A stretch of 63,970 nucleotides of DNA, filler included, from Klebsormidium nitens (GCA_000708835.1; 6 parts of 6 records of this genome joined end to end with filler, not necessarily neighbours in it); one strand, 5' to 3'. Counted from the whole stretch's first letter, positions 37,438 through 47,636 are shown. Numbers and translations are program-made. The notes: generated by a model not told the origin, from the sequence alone.

Positions 37438-39060
37438 TCACGCGCGCCTCCACCCAATCCTTCTTGCAGCTTTCCCAGCTCGTGTGGTGTAATCGTAGTG
37501 GCCATACCTGTACCGCTTGCCACCGCTCCTATCCAGGACGAAACCTGACTTCACGCCCTTGGGAAATGGGTATGGCTTTCTCCTCGGGGCGTAACCATCA
37601 GGGCCCTTAACCAGCCTCCACAGCCCCTTGGTGTCCTTTGTATAAGCCCGACCTCGAGGGCTGTGACCGGATGCTGTCAGCAGGCTGTTAAGCTTCAGCT
37701 GCCTCGTGGAGCGGCCTCCCTTGCGAGGTACGCCTGGCGAAAGGCGCCAGACACCGGTCTTTGGGTTCTGGACATAGTGCCTGCCCCCCGTGCTGGTCGC
37801 GAACCCCGGGCGGGACATGGTGAGCCGCCTCAGAAGCTCCTGCTGCCTCTTGGATGGCTCTCTCTGGCGCTTTTGCCGCGTGCCTTTGCCTGCAACGGGC
37901 GGTGAGCGTTTTGGGACCGGTGTCCGCGGGGGCAGTGAGACACGCTTCCTGCCCGGTATCATCACCGGGACGGAGCTATTTGTTTTGTACCGGATGACTT
38001 GTGGGGGTGTCTCTCTGAAACGCACGCGCTTCCCCCCTTTGCGCAGCACCGGGACCCCACTCGAGTGCGCGCTATGGTAAGAGGATGCTGACTTCTGCTG
38101 GCCCCATGCCTTTGCCCTGTTGGCACTCAGAGTTGGTTTGTCCTCGGCGGCAACAAGTGTCCGAAAGTAGCGCGCAGCCTTTGCCTCTGGGTTGTACCAA
38201 TCATACCTGCGGCCAGCCTGGATGGCATTCACGTTCATGCGGAGCCCCGTCTTCTTGTCGTTCCAGAGCGTGTTCATGTTAGCCCCCTGATCAAGGGCGG
38301 TCCTGACTTGCGTTGCCCTTGCTTTGGGCAGTATCAGGGCGTACCCGAAATCGATGATTGTCACCTTCTCCGACTTCTCGTCGATGAAGATGTTGGCTTC
38401 GTGCAGGTCCGCATGGACGACCCCTAGGAGCCAGAGCGTGAGGATAGCCCTCTCGATGAGTGCGTACTCGAAGCCCGTCAACCTGTTTGAACGCCGAGTC
38501 AGGAACTCTCGGAGCACAACGCCTGGGGCCTCACCCATGACTGTGATGAAAACCATCCCCTTCTCGCCTCCGTCCAGGAGGCCCGCATAGAAGATGGGCG
38601 GCACGACCTCGCTGCCCCGGACCTTTGCACCTTGGAAGGTCGTCTCTTGGCTGTGGATCCATGCCTGCATCTTGCACTCCATCCGAGCAGCAGCAATGTC
38701 GTCAAACTTGTCCAAGCGGTGGACCTTGATGATCACCTTTTGTGGAGCGCTTTGTGGATTGCCAATAACGTCAGATGACAGGGATGCAAAGAACTGTATG
38801 TGGGACGCCTCTGAGACATTGGTGGCGCGATACGCAAGGCCGTGAGCTCCAGCCGACAGGAAGCTGAGCTTTCCGCCTAGCCTCAGCCCTCCAAGCACCT
38901 TTTTCCCCTCCTCTTCCGTGGGCCTGAAAGCAGACGGTTTCAAGTGGCCGGTAGATGGCATGGTGGCATTCAGAAAGGGGAGGGTGACCGTGTTGCGCTG
39001 CCCTCTCTCACGTGCCCAGTGGCTGTACGGCCCTCCTCCTGCTGCTGCGCTTAGGCTCAT
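37438..39060 (-). CDS. Viral-type Ser/Thr protein kinase with a very basic Arg/Lys/Pro-rich C-terminal tail, 540 aa
   Basis: GAHGLAY, VIIKV, VVHADLHEANIFI and IIDFG kinase motifs; tail contains GRHYVQNPKTG and GRAYTKDTKG; intronless and intact. Confidence 0.88.
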   Translation of the reverse strand: MSLSAAAGGGPYSHWARERGQRNTVTLPFLNATMPSTGHLKPSAFRPTEEEGKKVLGGLRLGGKLSFLSAGAHGLAYRATNVSEASHIQFFASLSSDVIGNPQSAPQKVIIKVHRLDKFDDIAAARMECKMQAWIHSQETTFQGAKVRGSEVVPPIFYAGLLDGGEKGMVFITVMGEAPGVVLREFLTRRSNRLTGFEYALIERAILTLWLLGVVHADLHEANIFIDEKSEKVTIIDFGYALILPKARATQVRTALDQGANMNTLWNDKKTGLRMNVNAIQAGRRYDWYNPEAKAARYFRTLVAAEDKPTLSANRAKAWGQQKSASSYHSAHSSGVPVLRKGGKRVRFRETPPQVIRYKTNSSVPVMIPGRKRVSLPPRTPVPKRSPPVAGKGTRQKRQREPSKRQQELLRRLTMSRPGFATSTGGRHYVQNPKTGVWRLSPGVPRKGGRSTRQLKLNSLLTASGHSPRGRAYTKDTKGLWRLVKGPDGYAPRRKPYPFPKGVKSGFVLDRSGGKRYRYGHYDYTTRAGKAARRIGWRRA

Positions 39061-39144
39061 TGTGATATATCTGCGAGAGATAATGATCCACGTTCGTGCC
39101 AGGCACTTTCGATTTTATTTTCTCGCTGTAGTGTATTGGCGAGC
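39061..39144. promoter_or_regulatory. 84-bp intergenic region between the divergent kinase and MCP genes (putative bidirectional viral promoter)
   Basis: Head-to-head arrangement and AT-enriched relative to the flanking ORFs; function inferred. Confidence 0.5.
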
Positions 39145-40395
39145 ATGTCAGGAGGTCTTCTCTCTTTGGTGGCTCAGGGCGCTCAGGATGCTTATCTCAC
39201 GGGGAGCCCCCAGATCACCTTCTTTAGGATCGTCTATCGCAGGTACACCAACTTTGCGCTTGAGGCCATCGAGCAGACTTTCAATGGCGCCGCAGATTTC
39301 GGACGCCGTGTTACAGCCACGATCAGCAGGAACGGAGACCTGGTCACGAACATGTACCTGCAGGTGACTCTCCCGGCGCTGACTTCCAACACAACGCATA
39401 CGGAGCTGGGGTACATCAATGCGGTGGGGCATGCCCTGATGCGGAATGTGGAGGTTGAAATTGGTGGGCAGAAGATTGACAAGATCCCGTCCGAGTACAT
39501 GGAGATCTACCACCAGCTGTCGATGCCCGAGGAGAAGAGGAGGGGTTACGGTGAGATGATTGGGGCCCCAAGCCTCAGTGACACTGTTCCCTCGTCCAAC
39601 CGCACGGTAGCGGACACTGCTCTCTTAAACCAAAACACCCAGAGGACGCTTTATATCCCACTCATCTTCTGGTTCAACAGGGTTCCCGGCAACGCGCTAC
39701 CGTTGATTGCCCTTCAATATCACGAAATCAAGGTCAATATTGAGTTCCGCCCTCTGAACGAGCTCTACAAGTCGAACGTGGCGGTCACTTTCAACCCTAT
39801 TCCGTCCATTGTGAGCGCGTCTCTGTACGTTGACTATGTTTATCTAGATACGGACGAAAGAAGAAAATACGCATCCAGTTCGCACGAATTTCTGATAGAG
39901 CAGCTCCAATTTACCGGTTCGGACACTTGGAGTGGCGGTTCGGGCACCAGCAAGATCCGAATGTCCTTCAACCACCCCGTTAAGGAGCTCATCTGGACCG
40001 TCACGCCCAGCGACAGTGCGACCGCTGACCCCGTCAACGGCAATCTGTGGTTTGACTGCGGCGAGCAGAACGGTGGCACGGACCTCATGACCACCGCCAA
40101 GATCCTGCTCAACGGCCACGACCGCTTCCAGGAGCGGGCCGCGCCCTACTTCCGGCTGGTGCAGCCCTACCAGCACCACACCAGGATCCCCAACCGCTTC
40201 ATCTACGTCTACAGCTTCGCCCTCAAACCAGAAGAGCACCAACCTTCGGGTACTTGCAATTTCAGCAGGATCGACAACGCTGCGCTCCATCTGGGGCTCA
40301 ATACGGAGGACCCCGCCAAGATCTCTGTATATGCAGTGAACTACAACATTTCACGTATCACGTCCGGTATGGCAGGGCTTGCGTACTCGAATTAG
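39145..40395 (+). CDS. MCP: NCLDV major capsid protein (double jelly-roll), 416 aa, intact
   Basis: MSGGLLSLVAQGAQDAYLTGSPQITFF...YRRYTNFA...EQTFNGAADFGRRVTATISRNGDL; LPLIALQYHEIK; FNHPVKEL; HQPSGTCNFSRIDNA; ends GMAGLAYSN. ATG at 39145. Confidence 0.98.
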   Translation: MSGGLLSLVAQGAQDAYLTGSPQITFFRIVYRRYTNFALEAIEQTFNGAADFGRRVTATISRNGDLVTNMYLQVTLPALTSNTTHTELGYINAVGHALMRNVEVEIGGQKIDKIPSEYMEIYHQLSMPEEKRRGYGEMIGAPSLSDTVPSSNRTVADTALLNQNTQRTLYIPLIFWFNRVPGNALPLIALQYHEIKVNIEFRPLNELYKSNVAVTFNPIPSIVSASLYVDYVYLDTDERRKYASSSHEFLIEQLQFTGSDTWSGGSGTSKIRMSFNHPVKELIWTVTPSDSATADPVNGNLWFDCGEQNGGTDLMTTAKILLNGHDRFQERAAPYFRLVQPYQHHTRIPNRFIYVYSFALKPEEHQPSGTCNFSRIDNAALHLGLNTEDPAKISVYAVNYNISRITSGMAGLAYSN

Positions 40396-40454
40396 GTATG
40401 GCCGGTCTGGCTTACGGCTCTCACAACGCTCAGGATATGGCCGGTCTCGCACAC
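40366..40454 (+). repeat. Three stacked copies of the MCP C-terminal coding motif (G/D)MAGLA(Y/H)
   Basis: GGT ATG GCA GGG CTT GCG TAC (40366-40386, inside MCP); GGT ATG GCC GGT CTG GCT TAC (40395-40415); GAT ATG GCC GGT CTC GCA CAC (40434-40454). Confidence 0.9.
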
Positions 40455-41618
40455 ACACTCACGTTTGTTCCTTTCCTTATATGTTATGGTCGGCACGGGT
40501 TTTTGTTTGTGGAGTCACAGCTCGTGCAGCATAAAAGATAATACCGGTTGTGATATGTTGCGTCCCAAACTTTGCCCACCCGCATCTGATCTGCAGATTG
40601 AATACTCAATGGCAATGCAACTTGCTCCTGAGGATTCTTCAATTCGTGATCGCCCGTTCTTTCTCTGTCCGTCTCTGATGAACCCGTGGATCGGCAGTGT
40701 CCTTTTCGTGATTAAGTGAGAATGATTCCGGAAAGGAGTGCAGCACGTATTGTGTTGCTTGCAAATCACACTGCCACTCTCATCACGCCCATGGAAGAGA
40801 GGGCGAACTACCACTTATTGATTACAAACCCATAGATACATGATAGCGACATACTTGTGACCAGATATACATAATCATAAAATGATATTGTGAACCTTGT
40901 CTGTCAAAGCTGTTGTAGTGCCGGTGCGCGTCGAGCGGCGGCACTGAGAGTCTTTCCGAGAGCCAGATTGGAGATGAGGCGTCAATGACTGCTGCGGTAA
41001 TATAGGCAGCGTCTGTCGGTTAGCTTGCAGAGCAGTCAGGCTCGAGCTATCCATCATGGAGCTGGCCGATCGGTTCAGAGCACTCTAGGTGCCAGCCTGC
41101 TAGCTCTTTCTGCTTGTATTGGCCGTGGAGATCTTCTCACAGCCGCGGCTTTCGGTCGCTTCGTTGACTTCTGAGGTGCTGAGGCACTCACTACTTGACG
41201 TCGAGTTAGCTTGGCCGACGCACGATTATGCGAATGGATGTCGTACTTTTTCGCTTTGGAGTCCAATACACGAGATGCATGCAGCGAAAGTGCAGATTGG
41301 TGTAACTGCAGGGCAAGCAGAAAGGCATATACATGGCATAGCATTTTCTACCAGTTCATTGCCTTATGAGGGAGTTCTCGTGATCTACATGGTTATCTAC
41401 ATATCTTAATTTACCAGCTCCTGAGCAAGGGTCCACGTGTACACCATAATCCTACTTTCAAGGTCCAGAAGGCGTGAGCCTGAGCTTGCTCAGCTTTGGC
41501 GCCACAGCCGTCACACCTGCATCAATGGTCTTGTTGAGCACCAAGGCTAAGGCGATGAGGAAAGGTCCTAGAACTAGCCAGGCTGAAAAATACAAGGGGC
41601 CCCATCTCAAGATCTTGA

Positions 41619-43005
41619 TTACCCCAGATTGACGAATCTTAGTCTCCTCAGTTTGCTCAGCTCCAGCGCCAGGGCCACCTGGCCCGCATCACTAAACTTG
41701 TTGGATCCCAGATTGATAGAGCTGAGCCCCGTCAGCTTGTCCATCTCCAGGGTCAGGGCGTCAATACAGGCATCTCCAAGTTGATTGTTCTGCAGGTTCA
41801 GGGAGAGGATCCAGGATAGCTTGCCCAGCATTGGTGCCAAAGCTATCAAGCCAGCATCTCCAACATTGTTGCTGTGCAGGGATAAGGAGGTGAGCTCCTT
41901 CAACTTGCCCAGCACTGGAGCCAGCGCCACGGCACCTGCCTCACCAATTTGGGTGGCTGTTAGGTCCAGGTCAGTGAGCCCAACGATCTCATCCAGATTT
42001 GCCAGGCCTGTTGCCGGAACATCGTTGACTGCTAGGTACAAATTTTCAAGCTTTGTCAACTTAACCAGCTCCGGCGCCAGCGCTGTCCACCCCGCCTCCC
42101 AAAGGTAGGTGCCCGACATATCTAAGGAGGCAAGCCCTATTAGTTGGCCGAGAGCGGGAGCTAGGGCTTCTATGCTTGCAGCCTTCACAGCGCCACTCCT
42201 GAAAGCTGGGAAAGCATGATCCGCTGTCACATCAAGAGCTAGTGACGGCGCCACCACGTTCAGAGGATGGACAAGGTTACTCAACAGTATGGCAGGGATG
42301 GCGACATCATTGTTCTGAAGGGCAAGCGACATGAGACCAGTCAATTTGCCCAATTCCAGCATCAAAGCCGCCGCCCCTACATCCCCAACCTCATTGCTAC
42401 TTAGGTCCAGGCAGGTGAGCTGTGTTAGCTGGCCCAGCACTGGCACCAGCGCCTCCACACCTACATCCCCAATTTGGTTGCTATGAAGGCAACCAGGATA
42501 GCGCGGTCAGCTTGGCTATTGCAGGCACCAATGCCAACATGGCCGTCTCCCCGGTCACACTCTTTCCTAACTCGGGGATGGTGAACTGCCCCGTCAAGTT
42601 GCCGGGAATCAAATCAAGCGACCCCTTCAAGACCTCGCTGCCCCTGACGGCCAAAGAAGAGAGCATGGAGAGAGAACTCAGAAACATGAGATGTTGCTCA
42701 ATCTGATGTGGGCCTGTTTCGCAACTGGTCCCATAGAACGTGAGGTCGAGCTTTTCGATCCAAACCCCTGTTTTGTGGGGCTGTTCAAGTGAGTTTCTGA
42801 CCAACAACTTCAGGTATGTGAAAAGATGCTCCCATGGTGTTCCTATATCCACCCGAAACCGAAAACACCCACAGCTTCTGAAGAGTTGCTTGAACCTCTT
42901 GCAGGACAATTCCAGATTCATGCTCTGGTTTGTCGATCCATCGCCCCAAGCTGATTGTTTGAGAATCCTTGTCAGCAGCTCGTCCGGTAGAGCCTCCACG
43001 TACAC
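41619..43005 (-). pseudogene. F-box-like + ribonuclease-inhibitor-type LRR gene with a frameshift near 42490
   Basis: N-terminal VEALPDELLTRIL...LSCKRFKQL, followed by repeats of LTxLDLSxNxVGDxGxxALAPxL. Shifting frame at TTG|CCTTCATAGC restores the repeat L-x-LHSNQIGDVGVEALVPVL. A possible acceptor CCCAACAG lies just before 43004. Confidence 0.85.
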
Positions 43006-44373
43006 TGTTGGGAAGAGACGCCACTACTAGCACTTGTAGCAATACCTCTTAGCGACCGCCTCTCATTGCCAGCAATGAGGCTCTCTTTCAACACATGTTG
43101 GCGCAAAAATAAGGTTAAGGCGGGTACTTGCCCCAAAAGTGGAGTTGTCGGAGGGCCGCTTGAAATATCAGGATAGGATGCGCGGATTTTATCCGTCCGA
43201 TCTTTTTGTTGCACATGAGCTAGTTTGACAGACGTCGATGCATTGGATATTTCTACTGGTTGTAAGGTCGTTGGGAGGTTATTACTCCACGGCCATAGCA
43301 CTTTTTGGCAACGGGCTTGTCGAAAAGGGGTCCTCAAGGAGCAACATCCACTGCCAGATTAAACTGGAGGCCTAACCGCTTCATGATTACAAACTTGGTT
43401 ACAGTGCTTATTGCGAAAGGTCGTAGGAATGCAATATCATCTAGTTGTCAGGAATACGACCGAAGTCACAAGGTTGCACGTGCCCGATCCCCGCGAGTGA
43501 GAGCATCCGCCAGAGAATTGTCGGCGGAAGAGATGTATGTGCTAGTAAGCCGAAATTTGTAACAATCGGAGAGCCAAACAGAATCAGTAAGCAGGATGGT
43601 GCGTTGGACAAGCCAACTCAATGCAAGCTATATGGGTAACAACGAGGCTACCACCATAATGAGGTTGACCGTCAAGCCGGGAGGGCATCCCACCGGAGTT
43701 AGTTGCACGACAGAGAGCGAAGTAACAACGATTCACTTCACTTGATATTTCTGGGAAACAACACTGACACCCATGGTCTAGTGCTGCACAAGCACAAATG
43801 GGATCGCCAGGTAATAGCAGAATCATAGCCAGGAAAACCCTCAAACATGTTCTGGGCTTTTAAGACTGGGCAAGTGGTGTACTGCCATTACATGCGCAGC
43901 AGTCCATGGGGCATTTGCTTTGAGGAGCCAATTCACCCTATGAAAGTAGCCCGTGCAAAGCTGCATGGCTCAGAGCATCCACGCACATTTGCATTCCTTT
44001 CGAGCATTGGAGATGGGCCATACAATGCAGCAACTTGAGGTGCCCGGAATTGCACATTGCTTGTTGGTCTCAACAAAAGTTTTGAGAATACAAAAGAGCA
44101 ACGAAGTAGGTACATCCAGCTTCTACAATGTCGGCGCTGACAAAAAGTAAGTCTCGTATGCAAGGGCCCGTGTTCAAGATCAACCTAACACTCTCTGAAT
44201 CTGGGTACACAAAGCTGCTACACTGAGGAGTATTTACATCTGGTTTGGCGAGTGACTTATACAGAAACCCGGCCTACTCTAACCACCTACAACTTGCCGA
44301 CACCCTCAAATTTGAAATCCTCAAAAATCAAGAGCTTTATGTACAAGCCCTCTCTGATTGTCTGCTTGGTGAT

Positions 44374-47063
44374 TCAGCCGCAAACAAAGGTGCTCCGAAC
44401 TGTGTTCTCCGGGATATATGCGAGCGTAATTTGCGCCCTGCTCGCTATCTTGCTGACTTGTTTGTAGAACACCTCGAGCTGCAGGTGAGATTTCATGTAG
44501 TTGCAGTCTCCGCAAGCTGCCCTGGTGTTGAGAGGAGAGTAACCCTGCTTGTTGTCGACCCTGTCAACCCCATTGGTATGCACACCCTCAATGTTCTTCT
44601 TCCCGCAGATGTAGCACGGCTGTCGGACGATGTCTTTGAATTGGTCAGCAGAGAGCTCGAAGGGACGTCCGGGCTCTTTTGCAACCAGTTTGTACACTGC
44701 AAACTGTCCTGCCCGGTGGTGGTTTCCGAACAGTTCAGACGGGAAGTCAGATCGGACCCCTCCCTCCTTGACCTCCTGGATGTAGACGCATCTCTCAACG
44801 AAAGTCCGCGCGTCCACTTTCTTCTTCATCTCCCAGCAGTTGGTGCAGGTCGGCACGCAGTTGTCTGCCGTCCACCCCAGCGACAGATCCAGCCGGTGCA
44901 CTCCAAGTGGCTTCTGGTCCGAGTGCTCATCCCCGCAGAAGAAGCAGCACGAGTCCATCTCCTTGATCAGCTCCTCTGCGGTCTTGCTCTCCGGCTCTTC
45001 TTCTCCTTCAAAGCTGATGACGCGCACGCGGTTCCTGTGACGCGCCTGATCGGCTGCCCCCTTCGCCAGGTACCCCTCCGGGTCAGCAGCCCGGCGGCGT
45101 GCGCGCGAGTCCTTGCTGTACTGCGCCCACCTCTCCGGGTTCGCCTCCTTGCGGGCCAGCTTGGACGCCTTCCTGGCCGGGGTCTTCTCGTACTCGCGCG
45201 CGCTCCATGTCCGCCTCCGTCCTCGTCCTCTTTCCCCCGGGAAGTTTGGCCACGTAAGTCTGGCGCTTCTTGCGGCACTCGCTGCACCACCCCGCCCGCT
45301 TGCTGGTCTCCTCAAAGGCGAAGTCGGAGGGGTCCTTGATGCCGCAGCACTTTGGGTTCATGCACATCTTCTTGGTAACTCCCAGCTCCCGCAGAGCGGC
45401 GATCTCCGCAGCAGCCTTCTCCCTCTTTGCAGCAATGAGCTTGTCGTCCGACTCCTTTGCCGCGTTCCGGCAGGGCTCGCACGTCCTGAACTTGCAGTCG
45501 GGGGGCAGCTCCTTCTGGCAGCGATCCTTGCCACGGTACACGTTCGCACACACCCGCCCACCGCGTTCGGTGATGGCAGCCAGCTCCCCGTCCAGCTCGT
45601 GCTTCTTGCAGTACTGGGAGTTGTCAGCAGCCTTGTTGAGGCAGGGTTTTCCGGACGACCGCACGATAGCCAGGCACGTGCCGGGCTTTCTTGCGGCCGG
45701 TGCGGCCTCTTCCTCGTCCACGATCTCCCCGTCCTCAGCCTCCTCGGAGTTGTGCACCGTCTCCTCCTCTGCAAATCAACACAGGGTGGTGCCTAAGTCA
45801 CTCGCGCAAAAGCAGAGAATATATATCTCTCTCATAAAGTATCGCTCAAGATGTCCTCAAACTCTGGTTCCAACGTGTCAAGCAGCTCAAACGTGTCAAG
45901 CAGCTCAAATGATTCAAGCAGCTCAAACGTGTCCAGCAGCTCAAACGTTTCCAGCAGCTCCAACGTGTTCAGTTCTAGTGGTTCGAGTTCGCAACAGCCT
46001 GATAGCCTGATTGTATCTCAGCACCCCGAGCTTTTATGGCACACCACAAACTTCCCAAGAATCAGCTAATGAGGGCATGACTCACAGGCTTTCAAATGCT
46101 AGCAACGCTGCTGCGATGGTAGCCCCCAAGATAGCACCAGCCACCGAGCAACGAGCAGAAGTCACAAGGGCATCAGGCCAAGAAGCGTGGGTGATTCTTG
46201 AGTAGCTTTCCTGGTCTTCTTCGATGACCCTTGCTGCAAGTGGCACGCCTCCACCCAGGAGGGATGAGCTCAGTGCCCCTCTGAATATGTAGGTCGCACG
46301 CATTGTCATGCAAAAGGATCACAAAATTGGAAGACTTACCTCCCGCACTCTCATCCTCAGGTTTCTCTGGCTCCCTCTCCCGCTCACGCTGCGCCTGCTT
46401 GTACGCCCTGTACTCCTCGCGCAGCTTGATGCAGGGTTGGCAGGTGGTGCCTTCGTAGCCGTCAGGGAGCACCACCCAGCAACCGCGGGTCACGCTGCCA
46501 TGCCGGCTGCAGGTCCGCTTCCCGGCCGCCTCAGCCTTCTTGGCCTCCTCCCGGCGGCGAGCCTGCTCCTGCTCGCGCTTCTGCGATCCTGCAACCGCAA
46601 CCGCCTTCACCTCCTTGGCCCGCTCCCGGCACGACTTGCACCGGTCGGAGACTGGCTCTCCGCCTCCTTTTGCACGTCGCTCAGCCACAAAGTCAGCATC
46701 AGGCCGCTCCTGGTGGCAAGCGATGCACTCCTTGACGCCCTTCTTGGCCTTGGCCTTGTTCCTCTCTGCGGTGGCTGCGTCCCGCTCTGCCTTGTTGGCC
46801 AGGGAGCGCTCCCTGATCTTCTTGATGCATGCATCGCATGTAGACTTATCAAAGTCCAGGGGGAGCTCCGCCTTGTCAGAGCACTTTTGCTCACCGCCTC
46901 CGATGCAGAGCTTTACGCCACGAGCCGCTCGTTCTGCCTCCTCCTTCCTGCGGGTCTCCTCAAGCTCTGCAGACTTGTGGTGGATGTGGCACAAGCTCTT
47001 GCCTGCAAGCGCTTGGAGCGGGCATGGGAGCCCCTTTTTGGTAAGCTCACTGCAGGGTGCCAT
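44374..47063 (-). pseudogene. Virus-type Cys-rich protein with two HNH-like nuclease repeats; predicted 571-nt intron (45769-46339) and a (CG)n slippage frameshift near 45195-45203
   Basis: CSELTKKGLPC...CHIH and CLAIVRSSGKPC...YCKKH knuckles; CFFCG...GVHRLD...GWTADNCVPTCTNCWEMK and CYICG...NGVDRVDN..GY...N...ACGDCNYMK. G|GTAAGT donor and TTTGCAG| acceptor join in frame. Confidence 0.75.
45851..46069 (+). CDS. Ser-rich small ORF with 18-bp (NVSSSS) repeats, antisense inside the predicted intron
   Basis: ATG start. Differences between repeat units are mostly synonymous in this frame (AAC/AAT, GTG/GTT, TCA/TCC) and mostly non-synonymous on the minus strand. Confidence 0.45.
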   Translation: MSSNSGSNVSSSSNVSSSSNDSSSSNVSSSSNVSSSSNVFSSSGSSSQQPDSLIVSQHPELLWHTTNFPRIS

Positions 47064-47220
47064 CGCTGTCTTATTCTCTCTGGATCACTACTTCTGTCAG
47101 AGCAACGTTTGCTCGATGATCCACAGAGGATTGGAGCTAAGACAGATACGACAACAAGGAAAATGACAGAGGCTAAGACGGCTATGCAGAGGAGGATGCG
47201 AAGTGCCCTCTGCATCAACA

Positions 47221-47397
47221 CTAGGCTGCAACTGCTGCCAGCTGCTGTGGATAGGCCTTATGGGGGCAGAGTGTGTTGGGTGATAGGTGAAAACTGGGAG
47301 AGCGGTTGAACTTGAATCCGAAAAGGCGACCAACGACCAGTGTAAGAATGAAGAAGGCGATGGAGGCTGCTACCAGGATGCTCTCATAGTCGAGCAT
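47221..47397 (-). CDS. Small TM-helix ORF, possibly viral
   Basis: MLDYESILVAASIAFFILTLVVGRLFG...; no homology recognised. Confidence 0.3.
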   Translation of the reverse strand: MLDYESILVAASIAFFILTLVVGRLFGFKFNRSPSFHLSPNTLCPHKAYPQQLAAVAA

Positions 47398-47636
47398 GGC
47401 CAAGAGTAGGGAAGGCTGAAATCGAAGAATGCCAAAAGTAAGGGCTTGTTCTGACATTTATACTCTTTGCATACTTGGCCTCTAATGGCCAGAATGTGAT
47501 AACTTAATGGCCTGAGATGGCGGGAGCAAGCGAGGGCTGGCAGCGGGTGGCGTGACTTCTGCAAATGGACTTTAGTTTTTACCAAAAGTAGAAATTCTCA
47601 CAGTTTCTGACACAATTCTCGACCCTCTCCACAGAG

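Larger units (their letters stand above)
32797..47397. mobile_element. Endogenous giant-virus (Nucleocytoviricota) fragment
   Basis: Contains an NCLDV MCP, Bro-N, a viral-type kinase and HNH-like/Cys-rich genes. Intronless ORFs are packed with 22-86 bp AT-rich spacers at 32797-40395, unlike the flanking host genes. Boundaries are approximate and no TIR or TSD was seen. Confidence 0.9.

Noticed and set aside
39136-39144. TTG start for MCP given by the ORF track
   Set aside because: ATG at 39145 gives the canonical M-S-G-G-L N-terminus.
43050-44300. Possible additional viral genes between the LRR and HNH genes
   Set aside because: Only short ORFs without motifs; probably degraded sequence.
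45083-46010. Plus-strand ORFs of 227-364 aa overlapping the HNH/Cys-rich gene
   Set aside because: Antisense shadows of a GC-rich coding strand.
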